From contig CM082582.2 in assembly GCA_040954595.2 (NCBI GenBank), positions 2,402,303-2,466,302 of the forward strand: a stretch of 64,000 bases of DNA, in the 5' to 3' direction. The notes under the pieces are model-generated. The model had not been told where the DNA came from. It did not search any database and was given only the letters and a program-made list of their open reading frames with translations. Below are positions 27,543-41,067 of this stretch, piece by piece. Source of the DNA: Balanoglossus misakiensis (taxonomy: Eukaryota; Animalia; Hemichordata). How positions within the stretch are numbered: the first letter of the stretch is position 1; every line of letters begins with the position of its first letter. Both the position numbers and the translations under genes were made by a program.

Positions 27543-27827
27543 TTATTGATTCAGAATATCAAAAAGACTCATGTCATCAGCCAGCAGACTACTACTTGAT
27601 TGTTGCTGTGTTTGTTGCATGCTGGGTGCCAAGCCCATCTGAGGTACCTGTGGTCGCGGCCGTGGCTGTTGTCCTAGTAACAGCTGTTGTTGTTGTTGTG
27701 ATTGCTGTTGTTGTAAGAACTGCTGTTGTTGTTGCCATGTTTGTTGTGTTGCTGCTGGTTGTTGTTGTTGTGGTGGTGGTGGTGGAATGGTTGCTTGTGT
27801 ACCGCTAGCTTGTTGTTTTTGTTGTTG
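27543..27827 (-). pseudogene. MED25: MED25-like terminal exon (Q/P-rich tail)
   Basis: The acceptor is TTTTGTTTGCATTCAACAG. The exon reads QQQKQQASGTQATIPPPPPQQQQ...SSSSLLADDMSLFDILNQ*, resembling the acidic-hydrophobic MED25 C-terminus, and is colinear with the clear MED25 exons upstream. Confidence 0.65.
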
Positions 27828-28014
27828 CTGTTGAATGCAAACAAAATGGTTTTCTTTTTAAAGTCACTTCACAGAAAGCGGCAATGTATCAGGAGACAGC
27901 TCTCTTTAACGTTCTTCACATTTGTCAATCAGACTGAAATTTAGGGAGGCATAAAGTAACTGTAATTTCGGGTATAGTCGTGTCGTGTCTACTATTTGAT
28001 GGTTAATTTCAGGA

Positions 28015-28218
28015 CCCCCATTGACCTAATTAATTATGTACACACCTAATTCTAGGCTAACCAATAGATCTAGAAGTTTGGATTTTGTAGGACATAAATC
28101 AGTTTAGGATCAAAACTTTTTGACAAAATTTCTGGTATCCACAGCAGATAATCCTTGGCATTCTGTAGAAACCCTGGGAATCGCTTGGGCCCAGTGAACA
28201 CTGCTTTCAGCTTTAATT
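28015..28218 (-). repeat. Inverted fragment of the 3739-16120 repeat family start
   Basis: The reverse complement AATTAAAGCTGAAAGCAGTG...TATCTGCTGTGGATACCAG matches the sequence from 3739 onward. Confidence 0.7.
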
Positions 28219-28973
28219 CACCATGTAATCAGATGCAGACATTTTGAAAACAATGTGATTTAAATTCTAAGCAGACTTTTGTTAAAGGGTTATGATCGTC
28301 TAATGCGCATGTGCCAAAGCAGAGATTCTGGTTACAAAAACTTTATCAATGACACAATTCTGTCTATACAACAGACAAGATGGCGGCAACCATACTCTGT
28401 GTCGTAAATTAGGAAAAAAAAACAGCAAATTGAGTGAAAAGAAGAGACAAAATGAAAGTCTTCTTTATATATATATATATATGGTGGGAAAGAAATATGA
28501 AAGGAAGTGAAGGCAGTCCACTATTTGAATGCATGCACATAAAATTTGCAGATATTTGGATTTGATCTTATTTTGTACACACAAAATTACACATATGTGC
28601 ATAAGAGTAAGACGATTGTCTGCATTTAAAACTGTCTGACGGAGGTTATCATCAGTGCTTCCACACTGATACCATGGAAAAACTAGAAGAATTGAAAATA
28701 AGAATGAGACAAGATTTGTTGTATTCCTCTGTCTGTAATTTAGGTCTGCTTTGGGCAAATAGTGCTTTGAATTTATTCTGTGTGACTGTCAGGTCCCAAA
28801 TACATTAAGATAATTTCGGGAATGGCACAGACCATGTTATTTGTAACATCAAGAAAGCTCCTTTTTTGAGAAAAATGATTTTATTTTTCCCCACATAACA
28901 ATTCCCAGGAGTGACACGGGTATCAGTCTTGGTTTTCAAAATATTCACTGTTCACATTATTGTGACAACTTAC

Positions 28974-29192
28974 TTGAAAGTGGTGTCTTAGTTGTTGATT
29001 TGTTGATTGTATATTGGATGGCTGTGCTTGCACTGCTTGTTGTTGTTGTTGGGCTATCTTTGTAATTGCTTTTGTTGTTGTCTTTGTGTTATGAGTTGAT
29101 TTTGTCGTGCATGTTGATCTTGCTGATTCTTCAATTCAAGTTCTTATTTTCTGTGCCATCTCTAGATTCTCCTGCAGTGCTTGAATATTCCT
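28974..29192 (-). pseudogene. MED25: MED25-like Q-rich exon with two compensating frameshifts
   Basis: The exon is AG/GT bounded and 219 nt long. It reads RNIQALQENLEMAQK / ELELKNQQDQHARQNQ... / IAQQQQQAVQAQPSNIQSTNQQLRHHFQ, with an in-frame TGA at 29136-29138. Confidence 0.65.
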
Positions 29193-29455
29193 CTAAAAGA
29201 TCAAACAAAGAAAAGTGTAAACAGTCAATCATTGTCATGTGTCAATCTACCAACAGGTAACTGACTACAGGAGCTTCAGCCAATTTTCACTTGGGAGATT
29301 ATTGAAATCAATTTAAAGCTCAGTAACTCCAACTTCGGGTTATTTTCTCAATATTTTTTTGGGGTATCAACTGTGGTTTCTTGTCCCACTTATCATGGAA
29401 TTAATCATATTCAAATATTTGAAGGGATTAAAAAGTACATACTGTAAAACACTTT

Positions 29456-29791
29456 AGTGCCTTTCACACGTGCCATCAACGCCGCCCCAGCAGCGGCCCT
29501 AGGGCGGCGTTAATTTGTAAGTGCCACGTGTGAAAAGGTGAGAGCGGCTTTTTTGGGGACGGTGTTGAGGGGTGGGACCTGGGTCGGGGCGCTGCACTAA
29601 ACAGCGACTCAAATCACGTGTGAACATTGTGACCTTTAGTCACGCTGCTGTGGACGCGCGTAGAGGGCGATGACCCTGTCCCTTTTATACACATGTGCAT
29701 GCAAAAGTATTTGAGTCACTGATAAGAAATGTTTACCAAATTTTATAATCCCAAAAAGGGCGCCCTAACAATGGCACGTGTGCAAGCGGCT
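29456..29791. mobile_element. Non-autonomous TIR element, PIF/Harbinger-like, inserted in a CTGTAAAAC-type MITE
   Basis: The inverted ends are CACACGTGCCAT / ATGGCACGTGTG and the interior is GC-rich. The exact target duplication is ambiguous. Confidence 0.55.
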
Positions 29792-30090
29792 TTAATTTTT
29801 CGCGAGCAATACATTTTCGCCAAATACGCAAGTGCAAAAATAGTGTAAAAATAAAGTGTCACGTAAATTTTTTTGAAGATAACGATGCAGTGAATGAAAT
29901 AAGTGAACGCGAAAATTTATACTCGCGAAACAGTGGCCGCTCTCGATATAAGATCTGGAGTGCTGAGCAGTCTCTAACTATGTGTACTGATTGGTTGCAA
30001 TAGAATACATATCAATAAGCAGGCCTTCTCCGCCCGTCAAATAGTGTTTACCCATCGTACAAATTGCCAAAATGAAGATATATCCCAATA

Positions 30091-30266
30091 CAGTAAAACT
30101 CCAATTATCCGAACTGACAGGGGGACATTGATTTTGTTCGGATATGCAGACAGTTCGGTTATTCGGATAGCGATCCTATACAAAAGAACTGTTTGGGGGA
30201 CATGACAGCAGTTTGGATAACCAAACAGTTCGGATAATTGGAGTTCGGATAATTGGAGTTTTACTG
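30091..30266. mobile_element. Tc1/mariner-pogo type MITE
   Basis: Perfect 25-bp TIR CAGTAAAACTCCAATTATCCGAACT, flanked by TA on both sides. Confidence 0.9.
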
Positions 30267-32412
30267 TATAGGTAATTTAATGGCCTGGAAGGAACATTTT
30301 TAGTCAAAAAATAGTGCCATGCATGCAACAAGCAGGTGTGTAAAGTGTGTCACCCACCAAGCTCAAGGACGCATGAAATAACAAAATAATAACAAAACCA
30401 AACAGATTACAGGTAATATTACATATTAAGTGACACGACTTGACAATAGCCAAGTCAGGTACAAAGTGCAGAAGTTTTAATGGAGGGTTCCCATACTGAT
30501 TTTATGTTCTGTGCATACATCTGTAAGTGTTGCATCAACTGAATTTTGCATCAGCAGAATTGTTGGCATGGTATATTGTAAGAAGTAAAACAGACACTTT
30601 ATTTCTTTCAGGGTATTTCAACAGGACTTTGTTATATGACATCACATTTTTAAGTGTTTGATTACCATACTACATAAGGTTGAATGTATTTTGCAAACCT
30701 GATCAGTGAACACAGTGGGGTAAACCTCCATAGCTGCCAAAACGCACATTTTTTCATGAGTTTTCCTTTAAACTTGAATTAATGCATATAAATAGGCTTA
30801 TCAAATTTGATTGTGACGGTACTTTGCAATTCGAAAGTCAGCTGGATTAAAACGGTTCTACCGTTTTTATAGGGGTCCAGTTGACCTCCATGGTGAGTAA
30901 ACAAGTATTGTGGTCATGATAGTTCCAGCAGTGCAAATGTTGTGTACACTTCATGATATTAAATATGTTGCTCGGTTGACATAAAAGATTTATCCTTTGA
31001 CAACCATGCTGCCTTTCAGATGGCCAGCCCAAGATAATAGTGGTGAATTTAAAATAGCTGCGAGAACTCCAAACATTTTCATACAAGTAATCCGTTTCCG
31101 GTTGACGACAAATTCATGCACATACAAGGTATGTCGCTTACAGGCATATAAGTTGAAACTTTAGGGATAATTATCATTTTTTTTTCAAACTTTACTAGTA
31201 TTAGTCCATGCAGATGTAGGCACTGAACTGTATACAAGTATTTTTAACCCTAAATATGAGTGCATTTGCAAGTTTTAACCAGATAAATAATAAAGCTTTG
31301 CCATAAAGAAATATGGCTGCCACCGTGGGAAATGCAAGAAACAATGAAAATGTTGCATTTCTGACTATTGAACTTCATAAACAAAACATGATCTCCTCCA
31401 CTAGAACTCATGCAAGTAAATGTACACCGCTGAGACATTAGATTTTCATTTTTCATTGCAAAATTGCACTTTTTAAAAAATACAGGAATTTTAGATTTTC
31501 TTTCATTTTTGGCCTGTTTTGTCATACATAAGTGTTGATCTTGATATATTATGAAATGTCATTTAATAGACATAATTAAAATCATATATAAGATTATTTA
31601 AAGCTTAATTTAAATGAATATTTCCTTTTTATGAAAAACTGACAATCTCGAGCAGGCAAACACTGAGACTGATTACAGTATGTAGAGGATGGGGGCGCAA
31701 ATTGCATCTGCATAAAGCAAGAAGAATGCTTCAACATAACTGACACATCTGTTTAAACAGCCAATAAATGGAAGGGGATACTGCTCCCCCCCTCTCTGAA
31801 GTCATATTACTTGATCAAGTTTCCGAAACTCTGAGTATACGAGTCAAAATGACAATTTGTGCTTAACGTTTGTTTTGGATCAGCATTTTTCTGGTATTGG
31901 AGATGGTTTCAATCACAGCCACTGGACAAAACTGGCCATGTTAATGTTTCCACAAAATCAACAGTCGATTCAAACTGAGAAAATTTGGTCACTGGGAAAA
32001 ATGTTAGTGATGTCAAAATGTTATGTTTTAGCACCTATTATCGGACTGAATGAGCGTGCTGCGTTTCATGCATTTATGATGGTTGTCTGCAAAGACCATT
32101 GGAGCATGTTTGCCAACAGGACTGTGGTCGAATCTATACTGGTACGTGTTTGTGTAAATTGCCTATATAACAGTTGACCAGCAGGGGTAGACACCCTTTG
32201 GACAGGAATTTGAATTTTAAAGGCACACAAGCTGCAAATTTTGGGATAGTTATAATAATTTTATCAAACAATTGAAAAGAAAATAAATGTTTGCGTGTTG
32301 GTTGTTTACCATAACTAAAATGTTTGACATTTTCCTACGCGCTAAACAAAACTCTTTTTTTGTCCTTATCAGTAGCAGTGTGGCACCATTTCCTAGATAG
32401 ACAGAAGCTCAC

Positions 32413-32463
32413 CTCGTTGATAGCATTTGGGTGTATAACATTTCTCTGTTGTTGCTGGCTTAT
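32413..32463 (-). pseudogene. MED25: Probable short MED25-like exon (ISQQQQRNVIHPNAINE)
   Basis: TGACAG acceptor, GTGAG donor, 51 nt, phase 0-0. It joins in frame to the exon starting at 29192. Confidence 0.55.
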
Positions 32464-34919
32464 CTGTCAATAAGATAGGTTACATTTATCTTTAAGGGAT
32501 TCATAAGTGACTTTGACATAAGACATCTTAACCCTATGACCTTTCATACAATGAGCAGTTGCCAAATTAACTTTCTCTCTGAACATTAATGTGACCAATC
32601 CGGACCGGGCACTGTTCCATTCTACTACGCAAAACAACTCATCGCAAAGAAACCCAGGAAGGGAAATGCTGACAAAATCTACACCTATCAGTAAATTTCA
32701 GACATCAAATCTTGTAACTGCATTTATACAATTTATTTGAATAATGCCTTTGTGGTTATCTGATGTCAATTATTTAATTGAAGAGTTGTTGTGTTGGAGT
32801 TAACTTGTGTGAATTGCTTGCCTTTCATTCTGACAGTCAATTATATCTTGAGGAAGCAGCTCCTACTTCTAGATTGAAAATATGAATTATTTAAAATACA
32901 TGTATATATATTTCTTTTCAATGTACAACACTATATCACAAGTCATCTTTTCACAAGAGGTGGGCCAAACCATACAGGAAACTGTGAACAATCATTCAAT
33001 GCTTTGATATTTGGACTGACAACACCACTCTTTGGCACAATATTCAATTTCAAACATTTTTGAATACTGTAAACGCATTGAATATCGCATGTATTAAATG
33101 TTGCTATTTTGCAATTGGGGCCAGTGAGTGAGCATTTAAATATAAGAATGCAAGGTTCTCAAAAGAAATAAAAGTCACTGTTTGTTCCTTTGATTTGTGT
33201 ATCATTTGATAAACTGCAGCCATACACATTCATTGACGAGAAGTGTCAAAACATCCACAGGTCTATTCATTGAATGTGAGGTGCAAAGCTAGAAATGGAG
33301 ATGTTACTAGTAGTGTAATACAAAGACAGCAAATAGCAGCCGGACTTGTTTCCTACAAAAAAATCCAGCCATGTCATGTTGCTGGAAAGTCTTTGTACTT
33401 CAATAACAATACAGTCCAATTATGAAAGGGAAAGCTATGGATATGTCCTGTTTTAAACATTTGTTTGTACTATTTTGATATTCGCCATGTTAATATCACC
33501 ACAAGCTAATATCCAAACTACACACAACTGCAAGTTCACTGGCCTCAAGTCACTTATGGATGTTGACACTAATACCCATTAAAACTTCCTATCTGGGAAC
33601 ATGTAAATGCACACTACAGGAAAACAAACCAATAATTCAGAACACTATTGTGACGGTCACAGAACTTGTGAATTTATTACAAAAGCAGTCATCCTGAAAA
33701 TTGAAATACACAACCTGACGACCATCACTGATTTTAGTCAGCTACCATCACTGAATGAAGAACTCAAACAAAAAATTGCTTAATACGCTGTTAAAAATAA
33801 CAATGCAACAAAAAACACAAATGATCGACTACAGTCATATATGTACATCAAGCAACATCAACTGAAAGGCTACAGGCAGTATCGTCAATACACAGGTTGT
33901 TGTTGCTATGCTCAAGGCGTCAATGAATTGGTGGTCACATTTCATTGAACAATGAATGGGCAAGTGCTCACTCACTTCTTCAGTGAATTTCACTGTTTGT
34001 TTATCTTATCATAAAAACTTGGGCACCACAGTCCTTTGGATAAAAATATTCATGTGTGGTGATTTAAAATCAGTGTTGCAAGAAACAGAATTAATCACAG
34101 GATTAATGGCTTCTGATTGAAAAATACTAAATGCTTAATATGCCATATGCCGCACACAGAGTGATCACATTAGTCAATTGGACCGCTGTTCCGAAGGACT
34201 AAAATGATTGCAATGTTTTAATATTATATTTATTTTACAAAACCCTTACATCTGAGCTTTACTTTAAAGTACTTCCATTTACAAGTAGTACAAGTACACA
34301 TCAGTTAACATTGACAGCTAGGCATGACGTCATAGATGTAGGACTTCAAAACTGACATTCTGAACAGTGGGGGCGCTCTATCATAGTGGGTTTTAATGAA
34401 CATGTGTATTTAATTTCATGAATCAGATATATCAATGAAAACTGTGTGTTTTAACATACGCTTATTGTTTATGCATTTGCAGTATCTAGTCATATTACAG
34501 TAATACACCAGACATGTTCTTAACTCAATCAATGTGTGTGTGTAAGTTCAATTTCTGACCACACTCAGATTACCCAAGTCCATGTGACCAACTCTACTGC
34601 AAGTATACAGACTTGAACTCCGGAAAACTAGTCACCTACAATACTTGAACTGGAGCCACATCCAAAACTTGACTTTGAGATATTTTATCAAATCAGTGCT
34701 CCTTTTAGAATTAGAACTCCCATGCAATTTTTGTGACAGAAGAAATAATGAGATTCCAAGAAAGAACCTCCCAGTTCCCTTTTTAGAGGTCCAACCTTAC
34801 CATAGAAAACAACGGGTTTGGACTGTACCATGGTGGTGAAATGGTTAAGCCAGAGCATGTATCAAAATACAGTAAAACCTGTCTCAACCAAAACCTGTCT
34901 ATTACAAGGACATTGTTCA

Positions 34920-36035
34920 AACTCCTAGGTTCACTTTTGTTAAATCGCAACACCTGGTCCAGAGCAGTGCAAACATTGGCTAATCAAGCCAGCAAGGTGT
35001 TGTCTCTACTCTCAGTTGCCAGGTGGAAACTAGGGTATATGCCATTTGAATGTCACTTCAAGGTGTTTGATGCCATGATCTTACTCATTCTTTGTTATGG
35101 ATCGGAGACTTGAGTTTTATGACATCATAGAAAAAGTGCAAAGAACATGGTGCAGAATTTTTCTAGGTGTGCCAAGGAGCACTACCAATGAAGCTGTAAT
35201 TGGAGAATGTGGGCGGTTGCCAGTGTATGTTCACACAATGTTGTATTCGTTACTGGGTGAAACTTATAGAGATGCCACAGGAAAGACTCCCTAGGCAAGC
35301 ATATTTAATGCTACATACGTAATCTTGACTGTTTAGGCTGTCACACTTGGGCAACATCGGTGAAACACATTTTATTTTCGCCTGGATTTCTCAGGAAAGA
35401 GGCGATAAGCGTTTGTTCCTTTCAGCATTTGAGACAAGAATTTCAGATATTTTGAAGCAACAATGGAAATCACACTGTCCGTCCAAAACCAAACTCCGTA
35501 CATACACACATTTTAAATAATTGTTACAGCCTGAAAAGTAGTTAATGTCAACTGTACACGTAATGTCAAAGACATTTTTGCATGTTTTCGCTGTTCTGCC
35601 CTTCCTCTTGCAATAGAGGAGGGAAGAGATCAGAATGTGGACGTTTCAGAGAGACACTGTAGGCTATGCTCTGGTGCACAAATAGAAGACGAGTATCACT
35701 TTTTACTTGTTTGCCCCTTATATGACAGTCTTAGAAAACAATATATTGGTTACACTAAAATTCCCCACATTCAAATGTTTGTTAATATCATGAGCGCATC
35801 AGAATCCTCAAGTATTTATGTTTACAATGCCTTTAAACTTAGAGAAAATGTGTTAAAAAACTTAATCTGCTAAGTTCCTCACTTTGTATCCCGAGTACGT
35901 ACTTCCACACAAGTGCTGCTTGATGTTGTCATTTATATTATTTGAGTACATGTATTATTTATTTCATTTTCGTACAATTTTCTGATTACCTTTATGCCCT
36001 CTTACCTATGGGCTGGAGGCCTTGACAATCAATTA
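34920..36035 (+). mobile_element. 5'-truncated, decayed non-LTR retrotransposon (RTEX/L2-like ORF2 C-terminus)
   Basis: The broken frames give ILCYGSET, IEKVQRTWCRIFLGV, AVIGECGRLP and CRLC...IEDEYHFLLVCPLY, the CCHC-type motif typical of these LINEs. Confidence 0.85.
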
Positions 36036-36084
36036 ACGTGCACTGTTGTGCACCTGAACAATGAACAACAAATCAATCACACAT

Positions 36085-36410
36085 TCTCACTGAATCGAAA
36101 GCTGTATATGACACAAGCGCTGATTCAGATTGGATGACAAAGCTAAATGTTATCCTATGATACAGAAACTACAACGTGCCAGATGACAGTTCAAGAGTCA
36201 TTTATTTAATGTTTTAAAACGAATTTGGCTAATTTGTGGCCGTGTGAGAAATATAATCTCACACACCAAGGACCTGGGATCATATTTCTCACACTCGTCA
36301 GGGATATTTTGTCCCACACTCGACTGCAGCTTGTTTGGGACAGAAAATCCTCAACACATGTGAGAAATATGATCCCAAGTCCTTGGGAGTGTGAGATTCT
36401 ATTAGTCTTA
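36085..36410. mobile_element. Fold-back palindromic element, copy 1
   Basis: Hairpin AATCTCACAC..CCAAGGACCTGGGATC ... GATCCCAAGTCCTTGG..GTGTGAGATT. It is the reverse complement of 46510-46870. Confidence 0.8.
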
Positions 36411-36921
36411 CAACCTTAGGACCTGGTAAAAGATTTCTCAGACGAGTTGGGGATATTTTTAGCTCGTGTTAGACAAGCCAAAATATCCCTGATGAGTGTA
36501 AGAAATTGCGTTAAGTACACGGTGGTCCCATTCACGGATAATACAAGAAAAAAGTCTACACCGGAGTACATATACAGACAGACACACACACACACACACA
36601 CACATCAAGAGATCTACAGGCAAACATTGGCTGACCCATAAGCTGCCAATGGCATGTGTACTGTACACACACCAAATAGAACAGCTGGTCTCTTTAACAG
36701 TTAGCCAGTTATGTAAACATGCAGTTACCAATCACTGTTATTATTAACAAATTGCATCCAAGTCCAGACCCAGGCTTGAATACAATGTTTACACATAACA
36801 ACATTGCTTACCCATCGAGCTGAACAAGAAATGATGGTTGATAACCAGAAAAATACTAAATAAAAATTCAAAAGTTACAGATACTGGACCTTTCGTTGTC
36901 CACATATTGTGCTGGTCTTAC

Positions 36922-37029
36922 CTGTACACTCTCCATTGACCAATCAATATCCCACAGAACAAGTGCAATAAAAAGAGCCTGCTGTATTCACACACTGGCG
37001 TTCACAAAGATCTGCTCTCTTATTGACAT
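36922..37029 (-). pseudogene. Calcium-binding EGF-like exon, disabled
   Basis: TTTCAG acceptor, GTAAG donor, phase 1-1. It reads DVNKRADLCERQCVNTAGSFYCTCSVGY*LVNGECT; the first Cys is lost and there is a TGA at 36944-36946. Confidence 0.85.
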
Positions 37030-37156
37030 CTGAAATCAAAGATAGTTTATTATTTTTAATTTTATTATTATTTATTTCCTGACAAACGTAATACACATAC
37101 ATCTTAGTGCATTTTCTACTGAAAATAATAAAATTGGAAAACAAGTGAAAGCTTAA

Positions 37157-39760
37157 AGAGCATATCTTGCCTTTTTAAATCTTATCAGAAGGTTAAAAAA
37201 TGATTGAAAGAAATCTAATATTTACCAAAAGTGACAATATTTTTCGGGTATCGATTTCCATAATATTTGTTTTGTTCTCATAAAATAGACCAGCTTTAGC
37301 GATGCTCACAGGTGTCATACGGTGTTTTCGTGCTTTTCTGTGTAATACCACAATGGGAAAAAGAGGTGGTTGCCGTGGTTGCAGCAACACATTACCTAGA
37401 CGGAAGTCACCCATGTGAATTCCCCGAAAACCAATGAAAGTCTATGCCACGATCATCGATATTGTACGGTGGATATGAAGCCATCCGGCGGCGGCGGCCG
37501 TAACTGTCAATGCATGACCGTTGAACGATAATCGGCCAGGTTTGAATCACGAGAAGACAATCCACACCCTTACAGTGATCAATATTCAATTCAGAGCACA
37601 ACTGATCGTTTATACCCAATATTGGTGTTCATTCAGTGTTCCAGCGACCGCGATTACACAGTAGAAGGTGAACTGGCAGGAGGCGTAAACACAATTTTGC
37701 GCTGGCCGACATCAAGATTGCTTATAATTATTCACTCTTTCGTCTGGCTACCCGGTACCCAGGGACCGCAAACTTCGATAATTAAGGTTGACAGCAATCA
37801 ATGTGAAAACTTGAACGTTCAAAATATTACTGTTACTATTTCACATTTTTTTCAGTCATACCTTTGTATGGCTTCGGCTGAATGGTCGCCATCTTTCTTT
37901 TCTAATATTTTTGTTTACAAGTTTTACGTCGCACTATGTCCGACTCATCGGTTCCAAAACACACTGTACAAATTTTGAAACAAAATGTGTTGAATAAATT
38001 TTGCCGCGTGTGAGTGAAAACCGTTTCCAAACTTGGATATTCGTGTGTATCAATGAAAATGTTTCATGCTTTGTGAGCGTGAGTGGGTCGGCCCGGCATG
38101 ATCGCCTGTTGCTGTTGGTTGTATGGTTTCATTTTGTTATAATGCAGTATGAAGCATGTGAAGGAACTTTCATGATTACAGCGACAAGTCATAAATGTTT
38201 CTGTTTGTCATCACCAAAAAGGCATATAGCTTACATGTAATTCAGAAGACAGAATTTTAGTGCTGGCATGGTACATATACATCGCGGCGCGATATGTGTC
38301 ATCGCTGCTGACTGCGTGTACACGCATCGGCGCTGATGGAGTTCCCTTGTAATAACACGCGCGTATTTTGTCTGTTGAGGCAGTGATCGAAAATCGCCAA
38401 AAGACCACGATATATCAGTTGTCAATAAGTTGACATTGTCCAAGATAAGTAGATTGAGACCCAACACTCTAGTCCTAAACCTCTGGGCAATATTCCACGG
38501 TTTAAGATGGGTCCCCCGGATCTTTTTGCCCGTTGCTATGGGCCTTTGCAGGACATTACACCCCGATTTGGACTAAGCCGTTTTCAGAGTCTAACAAGGG
38601 GCTGGTAACTAGTTGAAAATCTGCACGATTGTGAGCGCGCGCCCCCTGACGCCATTGATATGCAAATTAGCTAGGTCAAATTTCAAAAGCCTAAGGCTTT
38701 TTATTCCGTGACCTCAAAAACGAACTTGATACGTATTCATTAGTTGCTTGAACCAGGGAAGATCGTGACGGATTTTGTTTTCGAATATTATCGTTGTATC
38801 CTACGATTTCAGCATACCCGTACCACAGCGGAAAAAGTCATCGATTTTAGGTGTTTTTGGACGCACTCTTCCACCGGTATCGCTTCTTAGCACGACGAAA
38901 ACCGAAAAAACGATCCGTCACACTGTGAGGAAGTGCGTTCTCAACAAGCAGGTCAAATTTGACTGGCGTACGTGGCCTATGAAAAAAGCCTTAGGGATTT
39001 TCGTGAACGGTACAAAATCTCTGTGTACAAAACATTGGATTTTTAGCGTTCGATCCAGTTACTGTGGTCACAGGACGCGCATGCTATCGCTGACCGCTGC
39101 TTTACCGTATTAGCGTGGCGGCCTATGGCCGGGCGGTAGCTGCCGTAAACATACTCGGACAGGGGGTGTGTACACAATCGTGTGTATTTTTAACTAGTTA
39201 CAAGCCCCTTGTCGGACGTTTATAACGGTTTCGATCAAAATTGAGTGTAGTGTCCTATAAAGGCCCATAGAAACGAGCAAAAAGATACGGGGGACCCATC
39301 TTAATCGAGGCAGCAATCATTGTATGTGTAAGGTGCCTATACACATCCGCTGCCATTGCATGTTGTGTACTGCTTGCAATGCGTAGCCGTAGCCTAACCG
39401 GGCCGAGTAGTGTTATTTTTTTCATAATCGCATCTCCCCTAAATGAAAAGGTATATATGTACATTTATTTTGAATGGAACGGGGGATCCAGAGGCTGACC
39501 CAGCAAAGCTGTTTAGATCACAGACATGTATGATTGCAATTCAACCACTGCAATGTACAGTCTTGCAAACGTAAATGGGTTCCTCTTGTGACGTCACAGA
39601 AATGGGCGTGGCCCAAACAGAAGTTTTTTCTCAGGCCCTGAACATTTTTAAATTTAACATTTATTTATCCATATGAAATAAGTAAAAGGACACCAGCATT
39701 TAACACACAAGCCCAATTATTATTTATCCTCAAAGTGTGTTTCGAGCTAAGATATGCTCT
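37157..39760. mobile_element. 2.6-kb non-autonomous Kolobok-like element (TTAA target duplication)
   Basis: The ends read TTAA-AGAGCATATCTT ... AAGATATGCTCT-TTAA. The interior is CpG-richer and has no convincing ORF. Confidence 0.7.
38506..39300. mobile_element. Nested long-TIR non-autonomous element
   Basis: Imperfect TIRs of ~70 bp start TTAAGATGGGTCCCCCG / CGGGGGACCCATCTTAA. The true ends may extend a few bases beyond the TTAA. Confidence 0.8.
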
Positions 39761-40380
39761 TTAAAGGATAAAAAAATTACACTTAAAAACCCCAAAGAAA
39801 CCAAAACAGTTCTGAAAGACATTCCTTTTAAACCAAAAAAAGCAATGGAATGAAATTGTGCAGAATAAAAAGACGAGTTTTTAAACCCCTTTTAAAACTG
39901 TCTATAGATCCAGCATTGCGGATAGAAGGTGAGGTTGATGACACATATTCGTAACCACATATTAATTGATCAGTTGATTGTTTTTACACCAAAGTCCTCA
40001 ATATCCATGGCAATCTCTTTCTAGGAATTTTAACACTCTCTATCATTCTCATTTTAACAAAATCCCCTGAAACTCGTGTACCCTGTCAGCAAAACTTTGT
40101 CTGATTTTTAAAACAACAGATTACTTTTTCACCCTTGCAAACAAATTTTCAATGCTAAGTTTTCACATTTGTTAATTTGTTTATATTATGCATAATTATA
40201 ATTGGAAAATTTCTGAGATACAATTTCAACAAACATGTGTTCAGTACGAGTGTGCGGTTGATTTCAAATTTTAAAATGTGTGCAATGGACAGACAGGATG
40301 CATGTTTTATTGTAACCATAGCAATATACAATCCCCAAACAGTGTAGCCACAGAAGAGATCAATATCCACAGTTACATAC

Positions 40381-40503
40381 CTGCACATGCATGGCCATCC
40401 TCCAGCACATTGAAGCCTTGTCTGCAAGCGCAGCAATAACTACCATGGGTATTCTGACAATAGTGTTGACACGCATTTCCACAACTGTGACATTTATTCA
40501 TAT
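40381..40503 (-). pseudogene. Calcium-binding EGF-like exon (open frame, diverged)
   Basis: CTCCAG acceptor, GTATGT donor, 123 nt, phase 1-1. It reads DMNKCHSCGNACQHYCQNTHGSYCCACRQGFNVLEDGHACA. Confidence 0.85.
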
Positions 40504-40724
40504 CTGGAGGGTAAGAAGAAATTCGAAATAATTTACAAGCATTACATTATTCAAGATAAGCCTACTCTTAACAACTGGAATCTCACACCAAAGACAACTG
40601 GGCTCAGATTATAACAAGATGGGGATAATTTTTCTCAATTTCATCATTTGAGACAACATATCCCCAAACTTATGTAGTGTCGACGTAACATTATAACATA
40701 GTTATATCACTGTCAGGCATTTGT

Positions 40725-40796
40725 GTCCTACAGTCAAGGGGTTTTAGACACCTGCAGTCATTTTGATGGCGTTGGTTTGAATCCCACCAGTGCCAG
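40725..40796 (+). pseudogene. Degenerate tRNA-Leu-like sequence
   Basis: The 3' half GGCGTTGGTTTGAATCCCACCAGTGCCA resembles the tRNA-Leu T-arm and acceptor strand. The 5' half is decayed. Confidence 0.35.
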
Positions 40797-40947
40797 AAGT
40801 GATCAATCAAAGTGTATTATAAAACCAGATTCCAAGAAAATACAGCTGTTCAAAGGGGCTTAGGCTTTTTTCATCTTCCCTTGTCAGGTTGATATGACTA
40901 TTGTTAGTATGCAGTGTTGTATGAAATGTTTTACATCGCTTACTTAC

Positions 40948-41067
40948 CTCACCCAACATGGCAGCCAATTGTTCTACAGTAAATCCACTGTAATTAATAC
41001 TACCTTGACTTGGCAAAGGATATGGAGGAGAGTTCAGATCAATATACAATGTTTCTATATTGGTGCG
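40948..41067 (-). pseudogene. MED25: MED25 VWA-domain exon with premature stop and frameshift
   Basis: It reads API*KHCILI(fs)NSPPYPLPSQGSINYSGFTVEQLAAMLGE, matching the MED25 CxLICNSPPY motif. There is a TAG at 41055-41057 and a 1-nt deletion near 41035; splice sites are canonical. Confidence 0.9.

Noticed and set aside
27828-27936. Alternative acceptor at about 27934 for the terminal MED25-like exon
   Set aside because: The Q-rich frame contains a TAA between this acceptor and 27827.
27482-27944. Plus-strand Val/Leu-rich ORFs resembling membrane proteins
   Set aside because: They are antisense shadows of the CAA/CAG-rich minus-strand exon.
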